From assembly GCA_963758295.1 (NCBI GenBank), contig CAVWUU010000001.1, forward strand, positions 288,001 through 352,000: a stretch of 64,000 bases of DNA, given 5' to 3'. The position numbers and the translations under genes are program-made. Below are positions 18,214 to 25,604 of the stretch, in pieces; the stretch's first letter is position 1; every line of letters begins with the position of its first letter. The DNA is from Candidatus Eremiobacteria bacterium (GTDB lineage Bacteria; Vulcanimicrobiota; Vulcanimicrobiia; Vulcanimicrobiales; Vulcanimicrobiaceae). The notes beneath the pieces were generated by a model. It was given only the letters and a program-made list of their open reading frames with translations, made no database searches and was not told the origin of the DNA.

Positions 18214-18971
18214 GGATTCGCGAACGCGTGGCACTCGTTACCGGTGCGAGTGACGGCATCGGGAAAGCGGTCGCGCTTACGCTTGCCGCGGAAGGCGTGA
18301 AGCTCGCGGTCGCGGCGCGCCGTTTGGAAAAGCTCGAGGCCGTTGCATCCGAGGCACGCTCCGCGGGCGCTATTGACGCCCGCGCGTTCGAACTCGATCT
18401 GAACGATGCGAGCGGCATTACTTCAATGCTCGAACGAGTGCGTTCCACATTTGGCGCGGTCGACATCCTCGTTGCTAACGGCGGCGGCCCCAAACCCGGT
18501 ACGTATACGCAAATGCAACTCGAAGATTGGGATTGCGCCTATCGCGGACAGCTTCGCAGCATGGTGGAGTTGGTGAACGGCGTGTTGCCGTCGATGCGCG
18601 AACGCCAATGGGGACGGATCGTCGCACTTACGTCTTCATCGGTAAAGCAGCCGATTGGCAATCTCGTGCTTTCGAATAGCTTTCGTGTCGCGTTGGTCGC
18701 GGCGCTAAAAACATTGTCGCTTGAGGCGGGGCGAGACGGCGTTACGGTAAACGCGATTGCCACGGGACGCGTGCTCACCGACCGGCTTCGTCATCTCTAT
18801 CCGGACGAAGCGGCAATGCAGGAGGCGGCAGGGCAAGATATTCCGCTCGGACGGGTGGCGACGCCGGAGGAATTTGCGCCGATGGTGGCGTTCTTGTGCA
18901 GTGAGCCGGCGCGTTACGTCACTGGCCAGACGATTGCCGTCGACGGCGGGATGATTAAATCGTTATTCTAA
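18204..18971 (+). CDS. SDR family oxidoreductase
   Basis: TGASDGIG, DILVANGG, LSNSFR (atypical active site), IPLGR, VTGQTIAVDGG. Confidence 0.92.
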   Translation: MDLRIRERVALVTGASDGIGKAVALTLAAEGVKLAVAARRLEKLEAVASEARSAGAIDARAFELDLNDASGITSMLERVRSTFGAVDILVANGGGPKPGTYTQMQLEDWDCAYRGQLRSMVELVNGVLPSMRERQWGRIVALTSSSVKQPIGNLVLSNSFRVALVAALKTLSLEAGRDGVTVNAIATGRVLTDRLRHLYPDEAAMQEAAGQDIPLGRVATPEEFAPMVAFLCSEPARYVTGQTIAVDGGMIKSLF

Positions 18972-19219
18972 AGGAGCGTTTGCAGCTCGCCCAATGACGC
19001 GTCGAGATCGCCTTTTGTCTTGAGGGAATCGAGCGAAGATGCGATACGCTCGGCTAAATCTTGTGGAAGTTCGAGCACGACCTTTCCGGCAAGCTCTGCA
19101 TCGAGTTGTTCGATGGCGCGTTTTGCCATGTTCGCTTGTCCGAAGGAGTAAGCGTGATGCGAGGCGTTGCCAAGCAGATCGAGCTCGGACTTTAACCAGG
19201 ATCGATACTCACTGATCAT
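18968..19219 (-). CDS. Hypothetical small helical protein
   Basis: 83-aa ORF MISEYRSWLKSELDLLG... with protein-like composition. It fills the space between the SDR and Rieske genes. Confidence 0.6.
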   Translation of the reverse strand: MISEYRSWLKSELDLLGNASHHAYSFGQANMAKRAIEQLDAELAGKVVLELPQDLAERIASSLDSLKTKGDLDASLGELQTLL

Positions 19220-19541
19220 GCCGGAATTCATTCGCGTTGCGCATGCGGCAGCCGTGCCGCCCGGAAAAAGTTCCACCGTCATAGCAGGTCGCTACGAGGT
19301 CGCGCTCTTTAATGTTGAGGGGACGATCTACGCGCTCGAGAACGCCTGTCCGCACCAAGGCGGCCCGCTGGCCGACGGGTACCTCGAGGGGCCGCTCGTC
19401 ACGTGTCCGTGGCACGCTTGGTGCTTCGACGTGAAAACGGGCAAAATGACCCTCGGCGATTTTGCTGTCGTGCCTCGTTTTGAGGTTCGCGTCGAAGACG
19501 GCAGCATTTTCGTCTCCACCGAGCCTCTCGAGGAAGTATGA
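19218..19541 (+). CDS. Rieske [2Fe-2S] ferredoxin
   Basis: NACPHQGGPL...VTCPWHAWCFD..TG. Confidence 0.92.
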   Translation: MPEFIRVAHAAAVPPGKSSTVIAGRYEVALFNVEGTIYALENACPHQGGPLADGYLEGPLVTCPWHAWCFDVKTGKMTLGDFAVVPRFEVRVEDGSIFVSTEPLEEV

Positions 19542-20041
19542 ACGATCAACCGGCTTGGGATGGGCGCTTAGGTACCGCCGGCGGCCCTGCATTCGGCTCC
19601 GCGCTCTCGACCTTTGCGGCCGAACGCGACGTGAGCCACGGCCGCCTCGCCGAAGCGACCGGCCTGCCGCTCGAAACCGTCGCCGCCGTCCTGGCGGGAA
19701 CTCAACGAATCGGCATTTCGGCGCTCGCGCGTTTAGCGCAAGCGCTGCGTGCACGGCCGATCGAGTTCTTGCAGAAGAGCGCGATCTTATCGCTCGATGC
19801 CTACGCCTTCGGGCTCGATCCGCTTTATTTTTTGCCCGAGGGACCGGTGCGTTACGACGCGCGCATTTACATGCGCGAGATCAATCCGCGCCACCAAGTT
19901 CCCGAAGGCGACATGACCAAGCGCAATCCGGCGCTGAAGGGGCTTGCGGAGGACGAGGTGCTCGATCCGCTCGGAAAACTCGAAATTGAACTAGCCTACT
20001 TGCTTCGTGCAGCGGTGCAACACACGGGTGGGACACTCTAG
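19538..20041 (+). CDS. XRE-family helix-turn-helix protein with uncharacterised C-domain
   Basis: SHGRLAEATGL....AAVLAG....LARLAQAL HTH pattern. ATGA overlap with the Rieske gene. Confidence 0.7.
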   Translation: MNDQPAWDGRLGTAGGPAFGSALSTFAAERDVSHGRLAEATGLPLETVAAVLAGTQRIGISALARLAQALRARPIEFLQKSAILSLDAYAFGLDPLYFLPEGPVRYDARIYMREINPRHQVPEGDMTKRNPALKGLAEDEVLDPLGKLEIELAYLLRAAVQHTGGTL

Positions 20042-20066
20042 CCCGGGGAGCGAATCCGCGGAGACG

Positions 20067-20630
20067 ATGCAAGGACTCGATGGCAAGCGTATCGCCGCGC
20101 TGATCGGCGATGGATTCGAAGAAGCGGACCTGATGGAACCGCGCAAGGCATTAGAAGATGCCGGTGCGATCGTGACCATCGTCGGGATCGACGAGCGTTC
20201 CCGGCAGAAGATTCAAGGGAAGCGCGGACTGGAGAATGGCCAGACGGTGCGAGCCGAAGAGCTCGTGGCCGACGTGACCGCCGAAGATTTCGATGGCGTG
20301 CTTATTCCGGGGGGAACCTCGCCGGACCACATTCGCACCGATAAGGAAGTGCAGCGTTTCGTTCGCGAGTTCGATTCGGCCAAGAAGCCGATGTTCTCGA
20401 TCGGACACGGGGCACAGGTGCTTATTTCGTCGCAACTCGTTCGCAGCCGTCAAATTACGGGCGCGCACTCCATTGCCGACGACATTCGCAATGCCGGCGG
20501 ACTCTATCGCGATCAGCCGACGGTGCAAGACTCCAACTGGGTCAGCACCCGCGGCGGCGAAGACATGCCCCAATTCAACCGCGCGATGCTGGAGAAACTG
20601 GCCGCATCAGGAGCGGCACAAGCGGTTTAA
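20067..20630 (+). CDS. DJ-1/PfpI family protein (nucleophile Cys replaced by Gly)
   Basis: GKRIAAL..DGFEE..L..P, FDGVLIPGG..PD..R, SIGHG in place of ICHG, DIRNAG, DSNWVS.R. Confidence 0.88.
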   Translation: MQGLDGKRIAALIGDGFEEADLMEPRKALEDAGAIVTIVGIDERSRQKIQGKRGLENGQTVRAEELVADVTAEDFDGVLIPGGTSPDHIRTDKEVQRFVREFDSAKKPMFSIGHGAQVLISSQLVRSRQITGAHSIADDIRNAGGLYRDQPTVQDSNWVSTRGGEDMPQFNRAMLEKLAASGAAQAV

Positions 20631-20652
20631 GCTGCCTGGGAAATCCAGTCAT

Positions 20653-20687
20653 AAAAGAACCGCGCAACGGCGCGGTTCTTTTGTTTT
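20653..20687. terminator. Bidirectional intrinsic terminator
   Basis: AAAAGAACCGCGC-aacg-GCGCGGTTCTTTT between convergent genes. Confidence 0.85.
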
Positions 20688-21345
20688 AAATCGGGTCGTG
20701 CCGGGCGAGTGCCTCGCCATATTGTCGTAAGGCGAAGAAGCCGACGAGCGAGCAGAACAATACTTCGCTCGCCACGCCGATTGCGTCGCCGGCGTGCGTG
20801 ACGAACGCATCGCCGTATACGGCCAAAACATAGCCGATTGCGGCCGTCGCACACGCAAGAGAAACGTAGAGCCATCGCGTTGCGCGCGATCGGATCGTTG
20901 CGTTCAAAGCGACGAGCGTGCTCGCGAGCACGCAAAACAGCACGAGTGCAAAGAATGCCGGCGGGGCCGCAAAACCGCTGAGAAACTGCGCGAACCAATA
21001 AACGAGCGCTGCGAGAAACGCGGCGATCGCCGGAACGATCGCTTTCGCGCGCGCAAGCTCGCGGCCAAAGAGCGGGGCGCTTTGCTCGGTGATGTCGAGC
21101 ATCATGTGCCGCCCCGGACCTTGCAGCAGCGCGATCGAGATGCCGATGGCGCCGCAGAAAAACATCGGTCCGGCGAGCCATACGCTTCGGGTTGCTAAAT
21201 CGGCGCCCATCGGGTCGGTGACCGCCATGATTCCATGCGGTTGGATGAAGGCAACCACTGCGGCCGTAGCGGACGAGAAGAGTAACGTCCGCCTTTCCGC
21301 GCGCAAGCGTCCGCCCACGATCGCACGCAACGCTCTGAGCGTCAT
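20686..21345 (-). CDS. Integral membrane protein (ABC-2 permease-like)
   Basis: About 6 hydrophobic segments; SAPLFGRELARAK resembles the ABC-2 permease loop. ATGA-coupled to the upstream ATPase-like gene. Confidence 0.6.
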   Translation of the reverse strand: MTLRALRAIVGGRLRAERRTLLFSSATAAVVAFIQPHGIMAVTDPMGADLATRSVWLAGPMFFCGAIGISIALLQGPGRHMMLDITEQSAPLFGRELARAKAIVPAIAAFLAALVYWFAQFLSGFAAPPAFFALVLFCVLASTLVALNATIRSRATRWLYVSLACATAAIGYVLAVYGDAFVTHAGDAIGVASEVLFCSLVGFFALRQYGEALARHDPI

Positions 21346-21914
21346 ACGTGCTGCGCCTCGCGCGCCGGGGCATATGCGGCAGCCGTTTCGCGGTCGACGT
21401 GCGTCGAAAAAATTGCGCAACCGCGTGCGGCCTCTTTGATGGCCTGCGCGTGTGAAGGCGACGGCCGATCCAGTACCAGCAGCGCCGGCGACGGTAACAA
21501 CGCTGCAACGACGGGATAGGCGAAGGCTTCGTGCAAGCTGCTGAGCCGTTCTAATAGCAACGTTGCATGCGCGTGCGCTCGAACCGGATCGATATCCCAA
21601 AGCGCCGCGCGATAGGCGATGTAGCGTGCGAAGGAGCCCGCCGCGAGAACCAACGGGTCGTGCGGAACAAATGCAGCGATGCGCTTACAATGCACCGGCT
21701 GCACGCGCGGATCGAATTCACCGACGAGCACGTTGCCTTGCGAGCAACGCGCGAGTCCCGCGGCCATCATTGCCACCGCGTTAGCTTCGCGCCCGGTGGC
21801 GCAGAGCCGCGCGACGTGCGTTCCCGGATCGACGTCGAGAGTGGTAGGCGGCACAACGACTTCGCCGCTTCTCAGGAAGCTCGCATCGCGCATGCGCAAA
21901 ACGGGCGCGCTCAC
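21342..21914 (-). CDS. Degenerate ABC ATPase-like protein
   Basis: ABC-fold remnants (LDVDPG, MAAGL...GNVLV, FVPHD, PALLVLDRP, FSTH) without Walker A or the LSGGQ signature. Confidence 0.6.
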   Translation of the reverse strand: MSAPVLRMRDASFLRSGEVVVPPTTLDVDPGTHVARLCATGREANAVAMMAAGLARCSQGNVLVGEFDPRVQPVHCKRIAAFVPHDPLVLAAGSFARYIAYRAALWDIDPVRAHAHATLLLERLSSLHEAFAYPVVAALLPSPALLVLDRPSPSHAQAIKEAARGCAIFSTHVDRETAAAYAPAREAQHV

Positions 21915-23014
21915 TCCACGAATTCCAAACGCGAATTGGGCCGGTCCGGGCGGCCCACTTTATGGCATTCGCGCCAAACGCCGTCGCGCTGCAGCGAAAC
22001 AATGTCTGCGGTGAAATCGAAACGTCCGGAGCCGGCAAAGAACGCGCTGCCGACGGCGTACGCGTCTACCGGCACGCTCTTTCGTTCGAATTCGGCGATG
22101 CGCTCGGGCGTAAATCCCCCGCTAGCGACAATTTTCACCTTCGTGAAGCCTTCGGTATCCAATGCGGTACGCACGTTCCACACCAGGCGCGGATTCACTC
22201 CGGTCGGCGAAAACGTCCCCATTTGGTTCCAAATCGAACGATCCACCAGTGTGCCCGACGTATCGAGACGCACGCCCCATAAGCGGTCGCCGAGCGCGCG
22301 CGCAACTTCGAGGCTCGTTCGCACGCAGTCGTTTTCGAAGTCGACGAGCGAAATAACGGCGACGTTTGGATCGGTAAGTTCGGCGAATTTTTTCGTAGCG
22401 AGCACCGTGTCGCCGCCATAAGCGGCAATGAGCGCGTGCGGGACCGTCCCCATGCCCCGGGCGCCCCACCATTCGGCGTTGGCGTCGGTCGAAACACCGA
22501 GCGCACCGGAGATATAGGCGGCGTATCCGTCGCCGGTCTGGACCAGATGGTGGTCGAACCGCGCCGGAAAGAACAGAACCGTTTTTCCTTGCGCCGCCGC
22601 CACGATGGCGCGGGCGTTCGAAGCGATGCGCGTCCGTCGCGAAAGAGCGCCCAGGTAGGGCGTTTCCAGATGCGCGAACAGGCCATAGTCGCCCTCGATC
22701 GTCATGACGGTCTCGTACGGCGACACGGCATCGCCGTCGTGGAGGGCGCGCACCTTGAGCTGCCCCCAGCCGTCCTCCCAGGTCCCGTTGACGGTTCGGC
22801 CGCTGCACAGTCTCAAGATCGCCAGTGCCTCATCGATGCCGCATAGCACGCCTTCGGTTCGCTGGAACACCTGCATTTTGACGACCGGATGGTAATCGTC
22901 GAGTTCTAAAATCGCCCGCGTCCGATTGAAGTACGTGTCCGAGTAGTAACCCGCGCGCATCTTCTCGACCGGGAGATTGAAGATCGAAGGATCCAACCGT
23001 TTAGACGCCATCAT
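21911..23014 (-). CDS. Nicotinate/quinolinate phosphoribosyltransferase family protein
   Basis: YSDTYF, GTVPHALI (phospho-His motif), LVDFEND, GVRLDTS, IVASGG, DAYAVGS, DFTADIV, KVGR. Confidence 0.85.
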   Translation of the reverse strand: MMASKRLDPSIFNLPVEKMRAGYYSDTYFNRTRAILELDDYHPVVKMQVFQRTEGVLCGIDEALAILRLCSGRTVNGTWEDGWGQLKVRALHDGDAVSPYETVMTIEGDYGLFAHLETPYLGALSRRTRIASNARAIVAAAQGKTVLFFPARFDHHLVQTGDGYAAYISGALGVSTDANAEWWGARGMGTVPHALIAAYGGDTVLATKKFAELTDPNVAVISLVDFENDCVRTSLEVARALGDRLWGVRLDTSGTLVDRSIWNQMGTFSPTGVNPRLVWNVRTALDTEGFTKVKIVASGGFTPERIAEFERKSVPVDAYAVGSAFFAGSGRFDFTADIVSLQRDGVWRECHKVGRPDRPNSRLEFVE

Positions 23015-23049
23015 AAGGTCAGTTCGGCCGGGCCGCGAAGAAATCCGCG

Positions 23050-24780
23050 ATGCTCGATAACGCCGCAATCGCCCGCAAGCTTCTCGAGATCCGTACGCTC
23101 ATGGAGATGGCCGGCGAAAGCTTTTACAAATACATGGCGTTCGAAAAGGCCGCCGCGTCGATTGAGAACGCCCCTCCGCTGCGCGATATCATCGTGGCCG
23201 GAGAGCTGCTGAACCTGCCCGGCGTCGGAAAGTCGATCGCCGTCGTCGTCGCGCAACTCGTTGAAGGCGGCTCCGCGGAGGCGTTGGAGTCATTGCATCA
23301 ACGCTTCCCACCCTCCATCATGGAGGTGCTCGGAGTCAGCGGAATCGGCACGAAGACCGCGGGAATGCTTTGGACCGACTATCAGATCGGCTCGCTCGCC
23401 GATCTCGAAGTCGCTATTGCGAGCGGTGCGCTCGAGGGTGTCCCGCGCCTCGGGCCAAAGACGATCGACAATTGGCGCCGCGGCATTCTTGCTTACAAAG
23501 GACGCCAGAAACGAACGCCGCTTGCCCGTGCATTGAAGGTTGCGCATGAAGCGATGGAGTTTTTGCGAGCCGGGCCGGATCATCACCGATTGACGTTCGG
23601 CGGAAGCGTGAGGCGGCAAGAAGTAACGGTCGGCGACGTCGACTTGGTGTGCACTGCTTCGGATGCCGCTGCAATCACCGCGTATTTTGCGACGTGGGAG
23701 CGCGCGCATGCGATCCTCGCCGAGGGGCCGACCAAAACGAGCGTCTGGCTCGAGAACGGCTTGCAAATCGATTTGCGCGTGCTGCCCGATCACCTCTACG
23801 GAAATTTGCTGCAGCACTTCACCGGCTCGCGCGAACACAACATCAAACTTCGCGAGCACGCCGTTCGGAAACAGCTTCGGGTGAGCGAAAACGGCATCTT
23901 GAATTTGGAGACCGGCGACGTTATCGTTTGCTCGGAAGAACACGAAGTCTACGCGGCGCTGGGCATGCAATACATTCCACCTGAACTGCGGCTCGGTCTA
24001 GACGAAATCGATCTAGCGCGTCAAAACGCTGTACCGGAAGTCGTCGCTCTCGCCGACGTGCGCGGCGATTTTCACATGCATTGCACGTGGAGCGACGGCC
24101 GCGACACGCTGGAAGAAATGATTGCCGCGGCAGGCGCGCGCGGATATGATTACCATGCGATCAGCGATCATTCATGGGGCCGCGGAAAACGCTACGGACT
24201 CGATCCGCAAACTCTGCGCGAACAGCGCAAGCGCGTTGAAGAGCTCGGAAAGATGTACGGGATTCGGACCCTGTGCGCGAGTGAAGTTGATATTTTGCCC
24301 GATGGAGCTATGGATTATGACGAAGCCGTCCTCGCGGAGCTCGACATCGTCATCGCAAGCGTTCACTCGTCATTCAACCAGACCCGCGAAGAGATGACGC
24401 GCCGCTTGATTCGCGCGTGCGAGAATCCGTACGTCTCCATTATCGGCCATCCGACCGGGAGAATGCTCGAGGGATTCGGCGGTTACGAATTCGATTACGA
24501 TGCCGTCTTTGCGGCGGCCGCACGCACCGGCACGGCGCTTGAGATCGACGGCCAAGCTCTGCGTCTCGATTTGCCGGCACAACTTGCACGCCGCGCGAAA
24601 ACTTTTGGCGTGCGCTTCACGGTGGACAGTGATGCGCACAAAGTGGGAGATTTGTCGAACGTCGAGCTTGCGGTCGGCCAAGCGCGCCGCGCCGGACTCA
24701 CTAAAGAAGATATTTTGAACGCGCAGCCGCTGGACGACGTACTCGCGTTCGTCGCGCGCAAGCGAGGAGCGGCAGTTTGA
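23050..24780 (+). CDS. polX: DNA polymerase X / PHP-domain 3'-5' exonuclease
   Basis: HhH motifs (LPGVG, VSGIG), GSVRR...GDVDL, IDLR, HFTGS..HN; PHP domain DFHMH..SDG, SDH, HPTGR, DSDAH. Confidence 0.95.
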   Translation: MLDNAAIARKLLEIRTLMEMAGESFYKYMAFEKAAASIENAPPLRDIIVAGELLNLPGVGKSIAVVVAQLVEGGSAEALESLHQRFPPSIMEVLGVSGIGTKTAGMLWTDYQIGSLADLEVAIASGALEGVPRLGPKTIDNWRRGILAYKGRQKRTPLARALKVAHEAMEFLRAGPDHHRLTFGGSVRRQEVTVGDVDLVCTASDAAAITAYFATWERAHAILAEGPTKTSVWLENGLQIDLRVLPDHLYGNLLQHFTGSREHNIKLREHAVRKQLRVSENGILNLETGDVIVCSEEHEVYAALGMQYIPPELRLGLDEIDLARQNAVPEVVALADVRGDFHMHCTWSDGRDTLEEMIAAAGARGYDYHAISDHSWGRGKRYGLDPQTLREQRKRVEELGKMYGIRTLCASEVDILPDGAMDYDEAVLAELDIVIASVHSSFNQTREEMTRRLIRACENPYVSIIGHPTGRMLEGFGGYEFDYDAVFAAAARTGTALEIDGQALRLDLPAQLARRAKTFGVRFTVDSDAHKVGDLSNVELAVGQARRAGLTKEDILNAQPLDDVLAFVARKRGAAV

Positions 24781-25604
24781 TTCAAACGCAAACGATCGGC
24801 ACGCCGGACGGCGCTTGCACGGGTGTTCGTTTCGCAGGTTCACGGGGGCCCGCGTTGGTCTTCGTGCACGGCGTGGGATCGACAGCCGCCATCTGGGATC
24901 GGCAGCTCGAAACCTTTAGCGATCGTTTCCGCTGTGCGGCGATCGAATTGCGAGGAAACGGCGTACCGAAACCGGAGCCTGATCCCTCGCTTATCACTCG
25001 CGAGGGTTATGCGACCGACGTGCTGGCGGCTTGCGACGCGCTGGGAATAGACCGGTTCACGCTCGTTGGCTGCAGTCTCGGCGGCGTCGTGGCGTTCGAA
25101 TTGTGGGGCCGCGCGCCGGGACGCGTCGAGGCGATGGCGATCGTCGGCAGCTTCGCGCGCTATCCTCACGCACAAGAGTACGCTGCGTCGATTCGAACGG
25201 GCGTCGAGCAAGCCGGATCCATGCAAGCATTCGCCGAGCTGCGTGCGGCTAAGATGGGCTTGCCGCCGGAGCGGCTTCGGGAGACGTTAGATCAAATGGC
25301 GTGCAAGCAAGTATCGTCATACTTGGCGGCGACGGATGCGACATGGACCGGCGATTTTTCCAAAATTTTGCCGATGATTAACGTACCGGTGCTGGTGATG
25401 TGTGGGAGTCGAGACGTCATCGCTCCGCCGGAGCTTTCGCGAGCGATCGCGAGCGGCATCCCCGGTGCTTCCTTGGAGCTCGTGCCTGAGGCCGGGCACG
25501 TAGCGAACGCCGATAATGCCGCCGCCTTTAACGAATTGCTTTCTGAGTTTCTCGAGACTGCGGTACTGCACGATGCCAACGGTTACTCCGCTTCCGGAAA
25601 ATGA
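24777..25604 (+). CDS. Alpha/beta hydrolase
   Basis: FVHGVG, GCSLGG nucleophile elbow, GSRD, AGH. TTGA overlap with polX. Confidence 0.88.
   Translation: MIQTQTIGTPDGACTGVRFAGSRGPALVFVHGVGSTAAIWDRQLETFSDRFRCAAIELRGNGVPKPEPDPSLITREGYATDVLAACDALGIDRFTLVGCSLGGVVAFELWGRAPGRVEAMAIVGSFARYPHAQEYAASIRTGVEQAGSMQAFAELRAAKMGLPPERLRETLDQMACKQVSSYLAATDATWTGDFSKILPMINVPVLVMCGSRDVIAPPELSRAIASGIPGASLELVPEAGHVANADNAAAFNELLSEFLETAVLHDANGYSASGK

Noticed and set aside
23050..24780. Catalytically dead (non-canonical) PolX
   Set aside because: GDVD and IDLR aspartates and PHP metal ligands are present, so it looks canonical.
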